A stretch of DNA of 63,856 bases, filler included, from Octopus bimaculoides (GCF_001194135.2; 4 parts of 4 records of this genome joined end to end with filler, not necessarily neighbours in it); one strand, 5' to 3'. Shown: positions 13,401-25,060, numbered from the whole stretch's first letter. Program-made: numbers and translations. Notes: a model not told the origin generated them from the sequence alone.

Positions 13401-14477
13401 CGCTTATACATAAAGAGAGCAAATGGAGGAAGAGGACTGATAAGTGTGGAAGACTACGTGCGTATCGAACTCAAGAGCTTAATAAAATACCTAAGGAAAC
13501 CTTGCTAATGACAGTTAGGAACGAAGGCATATTGAAAGCAGAGAAAAAAGGAAAACAAAGGAAGAAGTGCAAAAAGGACATGAAGAAGAATTACACAAGA
13601 AAGGACTACACAATCAATTCCATGCAGCCACAGCAGAAGTTGCTGGAAAAATAGGTGGGATTGGCTGATGAAAGGAACACTAAAAAAAGAGACCAAGCGT
13701 ACTATACTAGCTGCGCAAACTGGAGGGTCAATCTTAGGAATGAGCAAGTGTCTCCGCTGTGCCACATCTGCAATAAAGTGGATGAAACCATTGCCCACAT
13801 CACGAACGAATGCTATGCGCTTGCCCCAAACAATTACAAGTCGTGGCTGCACGATCACGTAGCGAAAGTGTTACATTGGAAACTGTGTGAAAAGTGGGTG
13901 CTAGAGAGAGGCAAATCGTGGTATGAGCACAAACTGCAGAGAGTGACGCGGTTGGAGACTAGCAAAACCCGGTAAGATTTTCCAATCCAAACAGATCAGG
14001 CCTTAGAGCATGACAGACCGGACCTAGTGGTGGTGGACAAGATGCACCACCTATGTTATGTAGTTGATGTAGCATGCCCCTTTGACCCACGAATAGTCAA
14101 TGAAGAAGGTGAAAAGGTAGATAAATACAACCCTCTTAAATACGAAATAGCCCGTCTATGGAAAATGAAGAAGGAGAAGATAGTGCAGATTATTACTGGG
14201 TCCTTGGGAACAGAAACAGAAGGCATCAAGGGAATATAAAGTAAGTTGGAATAGAGTGCCCAGTAGAACTGTTACAAAAAGGTTTGCCTCCTTGGCATGG
14301 CCAGAATAATCAGGAAAATATCAGATAACTGAAAAGAATGGATAGCATGGTGCCGTAGGCTGCAGGTAGCAATCCCGCTACGCATGCAAGACTCCAGGAG
14401 CTCCAACAAAATCTGTGATAAAAAGAAATAATAATAATAATAATGATAACAACAACAACAACAACAACAACAACAGC

Positions 14478-14525
<48 letters not shown>

Positions 14526-14540
14526 CATAATAATGATAAT
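10440..14540 (+). mobile_element. Near-full-length decayed R4/Dong-type LINE (family C)
   Basis: Collinear RRWTKEANR..ECW, WKSP..D..QGYW, LLMDDLKLF (RT), LYIKR.NGGRGL, CHICNKVDETIAHITNEC (CCHC), RPDLVVVDK...DVACP (REL); many stops; (AAT)/(AAC)n tail at ~14430-14540. Confidence 0.92.
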
Positions 14541-14548
14541 TTCTACTA

Positions 14549-14641
14549 TTGGCACTAGGCCTGAAATTTTTGGGGAGAGGGCTAGTCGATTACACCGATC
14601 CCAGTGCGTTACATTATTGACCCCGAAAGGATGAAAGGCAG
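14549..14641 (-). mobile_element. SINE fragment (same family as 17850-18081)
   Basis: Reverse complement of the GCCTTTCATCCTTTCGGGGTCGATAA...GTCGATGTAATCGACT core. Confidence 0.75.
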
Positions 14642-15539
14642 TTTTTTCGGATGGTGCACACCCGTCATCTTGTACAGTCGACTGACCGAACGAATCAGCA
14701 ATTATAACTCTTGTTTATCTCATAATATAACAAACCTTGTAATATCTAAATTAATACTGTGATAAATGCAATACTTGTTTCTTTTTACATAATAATTCTC
14801 TGCAGAGAGAAACTCAAGAACAATCTGATTCGAGTTTCGGCTCTCTGGTGTTTTCATCAGAACCTACGTACACCTAATTCTTCCCATGGAAAGAATACTT
14901 TATAATGTTACCTAATATGGTAGTACTAGTGAATTAGAAAATTAATTTTAGCGTTAATGCATTTACTGGTAGCCACTTCAAAATGTTTGCTAATTTGTCT
15001 TCTAAACATGCACCAACCTTATCCATAACACACACACAGATAGAATGATGGGAATAAGATTTTAGTAAACTAGAAATATACTAAAATCCTTGAGGATGAG
15101 ATTGGAAAATGGTGGGTTTGAAGCTCCCAACTATGTGGTAAAAAGTAAAGTAACGTCATCTGCCAGCGAAACATTTTGTTTCCATTACTGTATGCACACA
15201 CAACCACAATTAATACACATGCACTAAGAAAAAGAAGATGAAATAGGAAAGGTCTGGATACATTTCAGTTTAAACAGCTAGGTTTGGGTACGTTACTGTC
15301 TATAAGTAGAGAGGGAGACATCAAACTTTTAACCTAACCAATCATAAAATAAACAAAAGCAATACCGTAACAACCTCTAACGCATCAATGAATACTCAAG
15401 CGTAATAAATATTACACATACATACAATAATAATTTCGATCCTCAGGAGATTATATATGCATGTACACACACCCCCATGAATGCGTGAGTTAGTGTGTAT
15501 GTATATGCATATATGTATGTATTTATAAATATTTATAAA

Positions 15540-15577
<38 letters not shown>

Positions 15578-16211
15578 NNNNNNNNNNNNNNNNNNNNNNN
15601 NNNNNNNNNNNNNNNNNNNNNNNNNNNNNNNNNNNNNNNNNNNNNNNNNNNNNNNNNNNNNNNNNNNNNNNNNNNNNNNNNNNNNNNNNNNNNNNNNNNN
15701 NNNNNNNNNNNNNNNNNNNNNNNNNNNCATACACACACATACACACACATATATAATTTACGTGCGTGTATATGAGAATGAAATATGAATAGTATGATTT
15801 TTGTTTGTGTATTTGTGTTGAGAGAACGAAAGAGCAATCAACTTATTGGACCTATCCTTAGCACTGCAGGTAGAAACTTGTTGTGTGTTTCTGTGCATGT
15901 CTGTCCCCGCGCGTGTGCATTTACAGACTCAAACACACACACACACATACACACACACACACACACGCATGTATATTCATATAAATATCTGCAATTAAAA
16001 CTGTTGTACATCATTGAGAAGAAAACCTTGTTAGAGTGCTGTTATTTGATACGTGGTCGGAAAAATTTTCTTTTTGATAGAAAAGAAAAAAAAAATTAAA
16101 AAGAATAAACTGTAGAAATAAGCTAACAAGAAAACATTTATGTATGCAAAGAGGTAATTTCCTCACTCGTGAATGTTTGACTTGCTATCTAATACAATAT
16201 AATAAAGAAAT

Positions 16212-16566
16212 ATGGATTGCTTCTCAGTTTGGCACGTCATTCGAAAAGCGAATCTTCACGTAATTACTTTCCCAATACTGTTATTCCAAATATGCTTGGG
16301 CAGTAATGTAACTTTCAGAGAATATTATGGGATTCGTGTTCCACTTCCTCTAACTTCCATTCCAGAAGACGACAAAATAATTCAGATGTCAAACATCTCA
16401 TCGGAAATTGAATGTTTTTCTCACTGTATAACATATTCCAAATGTGGTATGATTATTTACAGCGTTTCCGATGAACTATGTATCCTACGTAAAATCATGC
16501 TATTACCTGATGCCTCATCATCCATCAACATTCCTGCAAACAGTATTTACACCATGCTACAAGCAC
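16212..16566 (+). CDS. Exon 1 of a secreted PAN/Apple-domain + C-type lectin protein
   Basis: ATG, hydrophobic signal-like segment (VITFPILLFQICLG), PAN-type cysteines ECFSHCITYSKCGMIIYSVSDELCIL; donor C|GTGAGT, phase 1. Confidence 0.8.
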
Positions 16567-17746
16567 GTGAGTAGTTTTCTAAATTTCCTTTTTAGCCTAC
16601 GTTTCGTGCGTGTTCAATTTATTTTATTTTTTATTTTGTTTTAGCTCTTGCTGATCTATGATCTAACACATTTACGACTATATACGCTCCAGTTGTGACT
16701 TTGTTGTATTTTTAATTATACATTGGCTTCCGTTATCTGATGTATTCTTTCCTTATTTCAGACGATATCTGAGTTCTGAAAGAAATGTGATTACTATTAC
16801 TAGCAGTGGTGCAACTTACTTATATCCTGTTGCACATGTTATAGAATACAATCATTCTTAAAACTGTTCTAACTGCAATCATCCCTTCTTTGTTTAAACT
16901 GCAATGTATCCAGGTATACCTTATTCCATCTTGTCTTTCTAAGATGGTTGGATGTTTATTTGAAGGCAATTAATGCTAGTTGCAGAGTGTTAACACTCTG
17001 CAATCATTTCGACTCCCCGTTTTGGCTCGTATGGTGCATGTGCGCGCGCGTGTATATGGGTTTGTCTGTGTGCGTGTGTATGTATGCGCGCTTATATCTT
17101 TGTGTATATCATGTAGGTATGAGCTTTGTATGTGTAAGGTATAATTGTAAAGTAATTTAGAGGAATATTAAAAGAATGTTTGTTACAATAGTTTCATACA
17201 GTGTCCCAAATAGATTAATATCTACTTCTGTTAATCTATAAGAACACTGGTATAGATAAATTGGACCTTCAGTAATATATGTCAAAATATTAAAAGTACC
17301 ATCAAATATCACAAAACTCACTGGATGCAGATGGCCGTTTTCATTGTTCAGTGGATTAACTCAGGGTCTCAGATTATGACTAATGAAAAAAAAAAAAATT
17401 CTAGTGTTTTACGAAATAAAGTGTCTGTAAACGAAATTTAATAAAAGTATAACTTATAAAAGATGCTTTTCACAATTTTCGAAATAGCATATTATTGCAT
17501 AATTGTTACATGACCAAATTTCCTCTTTAAGATAATTCTTGCTTTATTTAATATCTTATTAATTGTAGATTGGCAACAAGAGTTGTCCGTTAAACATAGG
17601 TATGACTCATTCGCTGTTTGGAAATGTCGTATGAAGGTTCCAAAAGAAAATAAACTTGAGAACTGCTGATTGTGACGTTTTGCTGCTATACTTACACGCA
17701 TACACACAGCTATGCCTGGCACTTATAGAATAGTGTTCTAGTTCTA

Positions 17747-18081
17747 GAGTCTCGGTGCGTGACTTAGTGGTTAGATCGTTACACTCACGATCGTAAGATA
17801 AGGTTTCGATTACAGTGCAGGGCGCTGTGTTCTCCAATAAATAATTTTAAGGCGTTGAGCTGGCAGAATCGTTAGCATACCGGGCGAAATGCTTAGTGGT
17901 ATTTCGTCTGCCGTTGCGTTGTGAGTTCAAATTCCGCCGAGGTCGACTTTGCCTTTCATCCTTTCGGGGTCGATAAATTAAGTACCAGTTGCGCACTGGG
18001 GTCGATGTAATCGACTTAATCCCTTTGTCTTTCCTTGTTTGTCCCCTCTATGTTTAGTCCCTTGTGGGCAATAAAGAAATA
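17747..18081 (+). mobile_element. Composite SINE (truncated tRNA-derived head + second SINE) inside a 20-bp TSD
   Basis: Box A TAGTGGTTAG and box B GGTTTCGATT at ~17765-17810; second SINE from ~17850; AGAATAGTGTTCTAGTTCTA at 17727-17746 and 18082-18101. Confidence 0.8.
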
Positions 18082-18134
18082 AGAATAGTGTTCTAGTTCT
18101 ACGTTAATATTTAATTTGATATTGATTTAAAATT

Positions 18135-18335
18135 TTGGCACAAGGCCAACAATATTTAGGAGGCGGTAAGTCGATTACATCGACCACCAGTGCTCAAGTG
18201 GTACTTATTTTATCGACCCTGAAAGGATGAAAGACAAAGTCGTCCTAGATGGATTTTGAACTTAGAACGTAAAGAACGAAATATCAATAAACATTTTGTC
18301 CGACGTGCTAACGATTCTTCAAGTTCACCACCTTA
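18135..18335 (-). mobile_element. SINE (same family as 17850-18081), opposite orientation
   Basis: Reverse-complement match to the adjacent copy. Confidence 0.8.
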
Positions 18336-18749
18336 TTATCTAATTTCATATTGACAGAGTACCTTGTAAAACAATGGCTGATGCCATCTGTAATCGGTGC
18401 TGTGATGGGTCGGTGTATAAGTGAGCATTTTTATAATTGTTGATTTGAGGAACGGTTACGTATTTCTTTCCTTTTCTTTTACTCTTTAATTTCTACTTAT
18501 TCTTTGTGCTCCAACGATTGTAGCAGTGCCAGTAATATCCTTAACAATGTTTCTCACATTTCTCTCCCCATATATTTGCTTCAGAATAATTTACGTGTCT
18601 TTTAAATTTTTATGCTATTGTTATTGTTGTTGGTGCACTTATTGTTGTTGTTCATGCGAAATTCTACCTTGATCGAGTTATGATCAAAGACTTTTTCGTC
18701 GTAATTCTTTCGTCTCTTTCAGTGTTATCTAGAAAATTCGGTCAATGTA

Positions 18750-19590
18750 CAGTTTAAGCCCCGGTCACAAAAAAAAAACAAACAAAAACCAGCCTACTAG
18801 GTGTAAAAAAAATGTAGAAAACGAATATGAAAACAAAAATTTGCACAAACGAACGGGAGGGGTAGGGAGAGGACTTTCGGAAAATCCCCAAGATCCGATT
18901 TTTCTCTCATAACTTTCAGGAAAATGGATATATAGTAACGAAATTTTATAGAAATACTGTCCAAATGGCACAAATTACGATTATAAAGAAATTTCTGGGG
19001 AAACTGTTTTCCGAAGGGATGGTAAGAAGATTTTGGAAAATTCACATGATCCGTTTTTTCCCCCTTATAACTTTCAGGAAAATGGATATCTTTTAGGGAG
19101 ATTTTACAGAAATACATTACAAACAGCATAGATTACGATTATAAAAAAATTTGTGAGGCAAATATTTTCCAAAGGGGTGGAGAGAGTACTGTCGGAAAAT
19201 TCACACGATCCGTTTTTTTTCTCTCATAACTTTCAGTATCTAGTTTAGCGCCTGGTCATCAAAATGCAACACCCCATCCCCACCCCAAAGCGTGTACAAA
19301 ACGAATATGAAAACAAAAATTTGCGCAAACATACATGTACATACCTTCGTCTTGGCTGGCAACGATTCGAGAGAGGAAGGTATAACTAGGCTGCCTCTCT
19401 CCCTACCCCCTTAGAAAACATTTTCTCCAGAAATTTCTTTATAATCGTAATCTATACTGTTTGAAAGGTGCTTCTGTAAGATTTCATTAAAAAATACCCA
19501 TTTTTCTGAAAGTTATGAGTAAAAAAATCGGATTGTTTGAATTTTCCGAAAGTCCTCTACCCGCAACCCCGTTCGTTTACGCAAAATACA
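18750..19590. repeat. Element with ~157-bp tandem units plus an inverted unit
   Basis: Unit starts at ~18872, 19029 and 19187; inverted copy at ~19400-19560; ~18755-18850 repeated at ~19240-19330. Confidence 0.75.
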
Positions 19591-20066
19591 TGTTAACTAA
19601 ACACTTTCAAACAAAAGAACCAAATACTCACATAATCATTATAGAAACAACATTCATATGACTTATACGCATCAGCTTATTTATAAATTGTCAATAAACT
19701 TATAAATAACTGTCTTTAGCTTATGCACTAGGCTAGAAAAGTCGAATACGGCACATCGATGTAAATGCTATGTTAGATTTTATGCGATGAAATCTAAATA
19801 TTTCCAATAATTTCACTTGTCTTTGTCTTTTATTCATCGCACAACTTGTTAACAGTTTACCTGCTATTGTCTATATTTTGTCTTACACATTTTGTCAATA
19901 AAGTAGTTGTATGCTGTCAACTTAATGTGACAGTCCCATGAAGGGAATAATACTACTGCTATTTAGCCCCAGGAAGCAGCACCGCTTCCTGTCAGCCTTG
20001 ACACATTTCCTGTGTCCTTATGTTTACAAGGGAGAGATAAGCACCCTCATCCAGCTAAGCCTGCAT

Positions 20067-20107
20067 CCAGAGACTAGTTTCTAAGTCATTGCTCGTCTTC
20101 AGTCAGG
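20067..20107 (-). ncRNA. Minimal type-I hammerhead ribozyme, intact catalytic core
   Basis: CCTGA-CTGAAGA-CGAGCAATGACTTA-GAAA-CTAG-TC-TCTGG: palindromic ACTAGT stem III, GUC site, one mismatch in stem I. Confidence 0.8.
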
Positions 20108-20318
20108 AGTAGCATGGCTTGCTAGTTGGAGATGCCTATCTAGCTCTTGTAAACATATACTTATTTTAGTGAAATGCATTCACTAATTTCAAAAATAGAA
20201 ATAATACATTTCTAAATCTCTCAAAGAGATTTATGCAGTAGTGATATGGTATTTCACTAGAATAATTATATGTTTACAAGAGCTAGATAGGCATCTCCAA
20301 CTAGCAAGCCATGCTACT

Positions 20319-20359
20319 CCAGACTGAACACGAGCAATAACTCAGAAACTAGTCTCTGG
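20319..20359 (+). ncRNA. Minimal type-I hammerhead ribozyme, G8>C core mutation
   Basis: CCAGA-CTGAACA-CGAGCAATAACTCA-GAAA-CTAG-TC-TCTGG: perfect stem I CCAGA/TCTGG. Confidence 0.75.
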
Positions 20360-21084
20360 ATGCAGGCTTAGCTGGGTGGAGGTGCTTACCTCCCTCATGT
20401 AAATATAAGAACACAGGAAATGTGTCAAGGCTGACAGGAAGCGGTGCTGCTTCTTGGGGCTAAATAGCAGTAGTATTATTCCTTTCATGGGACTGTCACA
20501 TTAAGTTGACAGCATACAACTACTTTATCGTATCACTACTGCATAAATCTCTCCGAGAGACTTAGAAATGTATTATTTCTATTTTGTCAATAGTTTACTT
20601 GTTATTGTTTATATTTCGTCTTGCACATTCTGTTTTACTACATTAAACTTACAGCTTACTACCAAAATGTAGAGTTGTTAAGTGAGTCCATCATACTTTA
20701 ATGTCGAATGCTTATTTTTTAAGTCATCCTCTATCTCTGCGTTTTCGAAACCAATACTTTTGTATTAGCATAGTTCTGCGAATCTCAAGCATGGATGAGT
20801 GGATAAGCAGTTTTCTTGATAACCAGGTGGCCTCGAGTTTCAATTACCCTGCGCGCACCTTGGGAAAGTGTCTTTTCTGTAGTCACGTGTCAACCAACTA
20901 CTGGTGAGTGAAATTGCTAAACGGAAACCGAATGAATGTATATTGTAGATGTGTGGCTGAGTACGTATGTGTGTGTGTGTGTGTGTGTGCGTGCGTGCGT
21001 GCGTGTGTGTGTGTGTATGTGTGCGTGCGCGTGTGCGCGTGTGTGCGTGCGCGCGCGCATTCTGTATTCAATAATTTAAATTCT

Positions 21085-22710
21085 TCCTCTGAAGAAGGAG
21101 CTGATTTCTAACAAAGATACAAAGCCACCATCTTTGAAATGTAGATTATGAAAGCAATGCCACACATTTTAAACCTAAGAAAAGTGTTGCATAGTTTTAC
21201 GCTTCCGCTTACAGATTGCATGAGTAATGTGCAAATGAGCTGGTTGATTTCTTTTTCTGAAAATCCAAGCTTATCCAGACTGACAGGCATTTACTAACAA
21301 AACCAAGTGCTCCAATTATTATTGAATGTAAATTTGTAATCTGGGTATAAAACCTGGAGGATTCGAAGCAGTTGTCCATAGTAATCTTCATTCTGTTTGA
21401 TTTTCAAAGAGATATTAACATCAACAGGACAGCTTCCTTCTATAACGGTACATATACTTTTTTTCTGTCTGACCCAAACAACAATATCCGGCCTGTTATG
21501 CTTACACTTAACAGATGTTTTGATGGGAACGTTCCATCAGTATCTCTTGTGCTAGTATTTGTGTACATATTCAATAATAAGGAGGTTCTCTATATTTATT
21601 TCAGGACAGTCGAATGGTATTGTATATTGTTTTGGCGACAACGGCATGTCACTTACGGAGGTAGTACCTTGATAACATTTTTTAGGTATCTGCTAATCAC
21701 ATGTGTCATGTCTTCCACAGAAATATGACATAATCTACATGTACAGTTGTACCTTGGAACTCCAAGGGCTTAACTGACTCTTTTGTTGATCAGGTATTTA
21801 GTAGCAATCTCCTGTTCTTGGATTGCAAATGCATAGCCTTCGAAAAGTAGCGTCACGAGTCCAAGAGATGCTTCGCTACATGTCAATGTTACTATCTTCT
21901 TTAAGTCTACGAGAAACATACTCATGCCTTTTTTTTTTGGTATGCTGAACGCTTGACCTCCAGGTCTTCTTTGAGGTACGCTAGTCCAACTGATTTTGGG
22001 TTGTACGGGCAGTCATCAGGAAGAGAGTACTTCCTGAAGAGCTCACTTCCAACACGTTGGATATTGTTTTTTTCACTTTTCAGCATAAATTAATGTATTT
22101 ATCTTTGCTGCTGTTGTTTAGCAAGTACTTCCCAAGAGAGACTGTGCGACATTCAAAAGATGTCTACACTGATCACAAGTCCCTACCTCCTTTATCTTTT
22201 CTGAGGTAGAGCTTGTCGATATCGCTATTTTGTATAGGTTTCCAGTTGACGTTAGAATCTTGTGGGTTTCAATGTCTATGGAGTAGATTTCTTTTACAAA
22301 CCAGCCAAGTATTCCGAATGTTGGAATCAGCACTGGTACTGCAAATGCATTGTGGGATATTGTCATGTTGTAAGAGATGGGTTCAGACTGCTATACTTTT
22401 TTCTTAGTCTGATGTAATATTCTTGGGTCACTCTATCTTTATTCACAGTAACTTGGTATGATATAAATTCTTCAATGCCAAGGTACTTGTAGCACACTTT
22501 GTGTGGGACAGGACATATAGTGTGACCATTGATGCACAGGTTTTGGAACTGAGGGACTGATTTTACCCGTTCAACAATTAAATATGAACATTTCTTCTGG
22601 CCAAATTCCATTCTTATGTCAGCTAAAAATGGTTTTATTAATTCCAGTTGCTCATTTGGCATTAACATTTTAGCATAAATTTTGAGGCTATCTACAAAGA
22701 AATGTATGTA
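21085..22710 (-). mobile_element. 5'-truncated decayed R4/Dong-type LINE in the lectin gene intron
   Basis: FVDSLKIYAK..DIRMEFGQKKC..YKYLGI (RT), NAFAVPVL..FGI (thumb), IIIGALGFVSKCL and SVKLCNTFLRF (REL C-terminus). Confidence 0.85.
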
Positions 22711-23094
22711 TGTATGCATGTATGTATGAATGAATGAATGTATGTATGTATGTATGTTTGAATGAATGAATGAATGAATGTATGTATGTATGTGTGTGTG
22801 TGCATATGTGTATGTGCCTGTGTGCGTACATATGTCCAGTTCATCCGTTCAAATGCCCTGCCGTCACTTTAGTTATCTTATTTCATTTCACTCCCTTTCT
22901 GTTTCTTTTTCTCTCTCTCTTTCTTGTGACCTGTTCTCAATGGCTCTATTTATTACCCCCTCACCACAACTTTATCTTTTTTTTTCTGTACGCCTCCAGC
23001 GTAGTTAAAAGATAAAAGCAACCTGAAATTAACATACATTATTACTTTTCCAAATGATCTAACACATGAAAGATATTTTTTTGTCCTCCTATAG

Positions 23095-23274
23095 CTGAAT
23101 GTCCTACTTCAGCCGGCTACACTTACCAACCAGAATTGAGATTGTGTTATCAAATAGGTTCGACGAAAGCATCATGGAATGAAGCTGCAGACAATTGCAA
23201 TAAGGATCGGGGACAACTGATCCACATTAAAAATCAGGAAATAATGAACTATCTAAAATCAATATTATTATCAA
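23095..23274 (+). CDS. Exon 2 of the lectin gene: N-terminal half of a C-type lectin domain
   Basis: Acceptor TTGTCCTCCTATAG|, donor A|GTGAGT, phase 1/1 (180 nt); (P)ECPTSAGYTYQPELRLCYQIGSTKASWNEAADNCNKDRGQLIHIKNQEIMNYL fits the CTLD pattern C..GY...CY...SW..A...C...G.L..I. Confidence 0.9.
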
Positions 23275-23297
23275 GTGAGTGATATTTTACTATTTAT

Positions 23298-23404
23298 ACC
23301 CTCTCCCCTTCTCTCTACCTCTCCCCTTCTCTCTACCTCTCCCCTTCTCTCTACCTCTCCCCTTCTCTCTACCTCTCCCCTTCTCTCTACCTCTCCCCTT
23401 CTCT
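23298..23404. repeat. 18-bp minisatellite (CTCTCCCCTTCTCTCTAC)n running into a gap
   Basis: About six units read directly. Confidence 0.9.
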
Positions 23405-24092
23405 NNNNNNNNNNNNNNNNNNNNNNNNNNNNNNNNNNNNNNNNNNNNNNNNNNNNNNNNNNNNNNNNNNNNNNNNNNNNNNNNNNNNNNNNNNNNNNNN
23501 NNNNNNNNNNNNNNNNNNNNNNNNNNNNNNNNNNNNNNNNNNNNNNNNNNNNNNNNNNNNNNNNNNNNNNNNNNNNNNNNNNNNNNNNNNNNNNNNNNNN
23601 NNNNNNNNNNNNNNNNNNNNNNNNNNNNNNNNNNNNNNNNNNNNNNNNNNNNNNNNNNNNNNNNNNNNNNNNNNNNNNNNNNNNNNNNNNNNNNNNNNNN
23701 NNNNNNNNNNNNNNNNNNNNNNNNNNNNNNNNNNNNNNNNNNNNNNNNNNNNNNNNNNNNNNNNNNNNNNNNNNNNNNNNNNNNNNNNNNNNNNNNNNNN
23801 NNNNNNNNNNNNNNNNNNNNNNNNNAAGAAAGGAACGAAAAACACTGACAGTAAAAGAAAACTCTTTCAGTATCAAAACTGAAACAATCACATTTCCATA
23901 CTGTAATGACAGATACTTTCACTTTAATGGTTTCATTTTCATATTTCGAATTCCGTCCTTCACCATGATAAAAAAACAAAAACAAAACAAAACAAAATAA
24001 ATAAATAACCACACATCTTTCTCAAATGCGATCGACAAACATTTATTCCCTACAAACTGTGAGTTTTTTGGAAAATCTTTTCGTAAATCTTG

Positions 24093-24212
24093 AGATTAAC
24101 ACCCGCACGATTACCTACCTAACCCTAACCCTAACCCTGACCCTAAAACTCTAACCCTGACCCTAAAACCCTAACCCTAACACTGTAGTGAAAATCGTGT
24201 GGGTGTTAATCT
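24093..24212. mobile_element. Short element: 20-bp inverted repeats enclosing (TAACCC)n-like telomeric variants
   Basis: AGATTAACACCCGCACGATT (24093-24112) pairs with AATCGTGTGGGTGTTAATCT (24193-24212) with one mismatch; interior is aaccctaaccctgaccctaaa... Confidence 0.7.
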
Positions 24213-24334
24213 GAAAATTTAACAATCTTTTTTAAAACACATTTACTTACTAACATTTTTTAATTTAGTGTGAGTGTGTGTTGCCCATATATATATATAC
24301 ACTTAAGACTTACTTGTGGATTGGGAGTTTGATC

Positions 24335-24685
24335 AGCAGATGTCATTATTATTATTATTATTATTCAGTAGTTTTATTTTTATAACGTGCTTTCACTTCA
24401 CTACCGAGCGCAGCTCTGTGCGCCTTGGGTATGTGCTGTGGTTTGCTGTGGTGCTCTTATGTTTACTGTATTGAAAGTGTTTTGCGTAGAATGTGTGCAG
24501 TACCCAGTAGTGCAATTTTCTGTATGTTATATATATTTGTAAGTCCTGGTGTTTTTGTTATGTATTTGTCTGTATATTTTTTTATTATACCTAAGGCACC
24601 TACTATGATAGGAATTGTTTCTGTTTTTAGATTCCACATTCGAGTTATCTCTATTTCCAGGTCTTTGTATTTTGAAAGTTTTTCC
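24335..24685 (-). mobile_element. Third 3' end of LINE family A with (TAA)n tail
   Basis: Reverse-complement match to ~6150-6510 and ~9650-9980. Confidence 0.9.
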
Positions 24686-24729
24686 NNNNNNNNNNNNNNN
24701 NNNNNNNNNNNNNNNNNNNNNNNNNNNNN

Positions 24730-24741
24730 TTAATTAATTAA
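24730..24741. other. Artificial TTAATTAATTAA spacer in a 100-nt gap
   Basis: 44 N + 12-mer + 44 N; identical layout at 42238 and 60970. Confidence 0.9.
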
Positions 24742-24789
24742 NNNNNNNNNNNNNNNNNNNNNNNNNNNNNNNNNNNNNNNNNNNNTGGT

Positions 24790-25060
24790 GGTTGTCTATT
24801 CCTTAATCAGAGTTTGACCACCTCCTGCACCTACACCTTAGCCCTTTCATGGCGTCTGATGTGGCTTTTTAAACCAGACAGTGTTTTGAAAAAACACCCA
24901 CACAGATTGCACCTCTGATTTGCACTACCAATACCTGCAAGTAAGTTCTGCTCATTGTGGATCCTAACATGTCTTTTAAGACCCCCATTGGATTTGCAAA
25001 CCCTCTGGCACACACCACATTCAAACGTGTGCACAGACATATAATCAGAATAGCTGGGTG
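24790..25060 (-). mobile_element. RTE-like LINE 3' end encoding two C2H2 fingers
   Basis: CGVCQRVCKSNGGLKRHVRIH...CNLCGCFFKTLSGLKSHIRRH then stop and short 3' tail; no TGEKPY linker. Confidence 0.6.

Larger units (their letters stand above)
19898..20585. mobile_element. Inverted pair of PLE-type pseudo-LTRs, each with a hammerhead ribozyme
   Basis: Arms 19898-20157 and 20269-20528 are reverse complements; part of the spacer is re-inverted at ~20530-20585. Confidence 0.8.

Noticed and set aside
18870-19240. Regular repeats that might suggest a CRISPR array
   Set aside because: Units are contiguous tandem copies with no unique spacers, no cas genes, and the context is eukaryotic.
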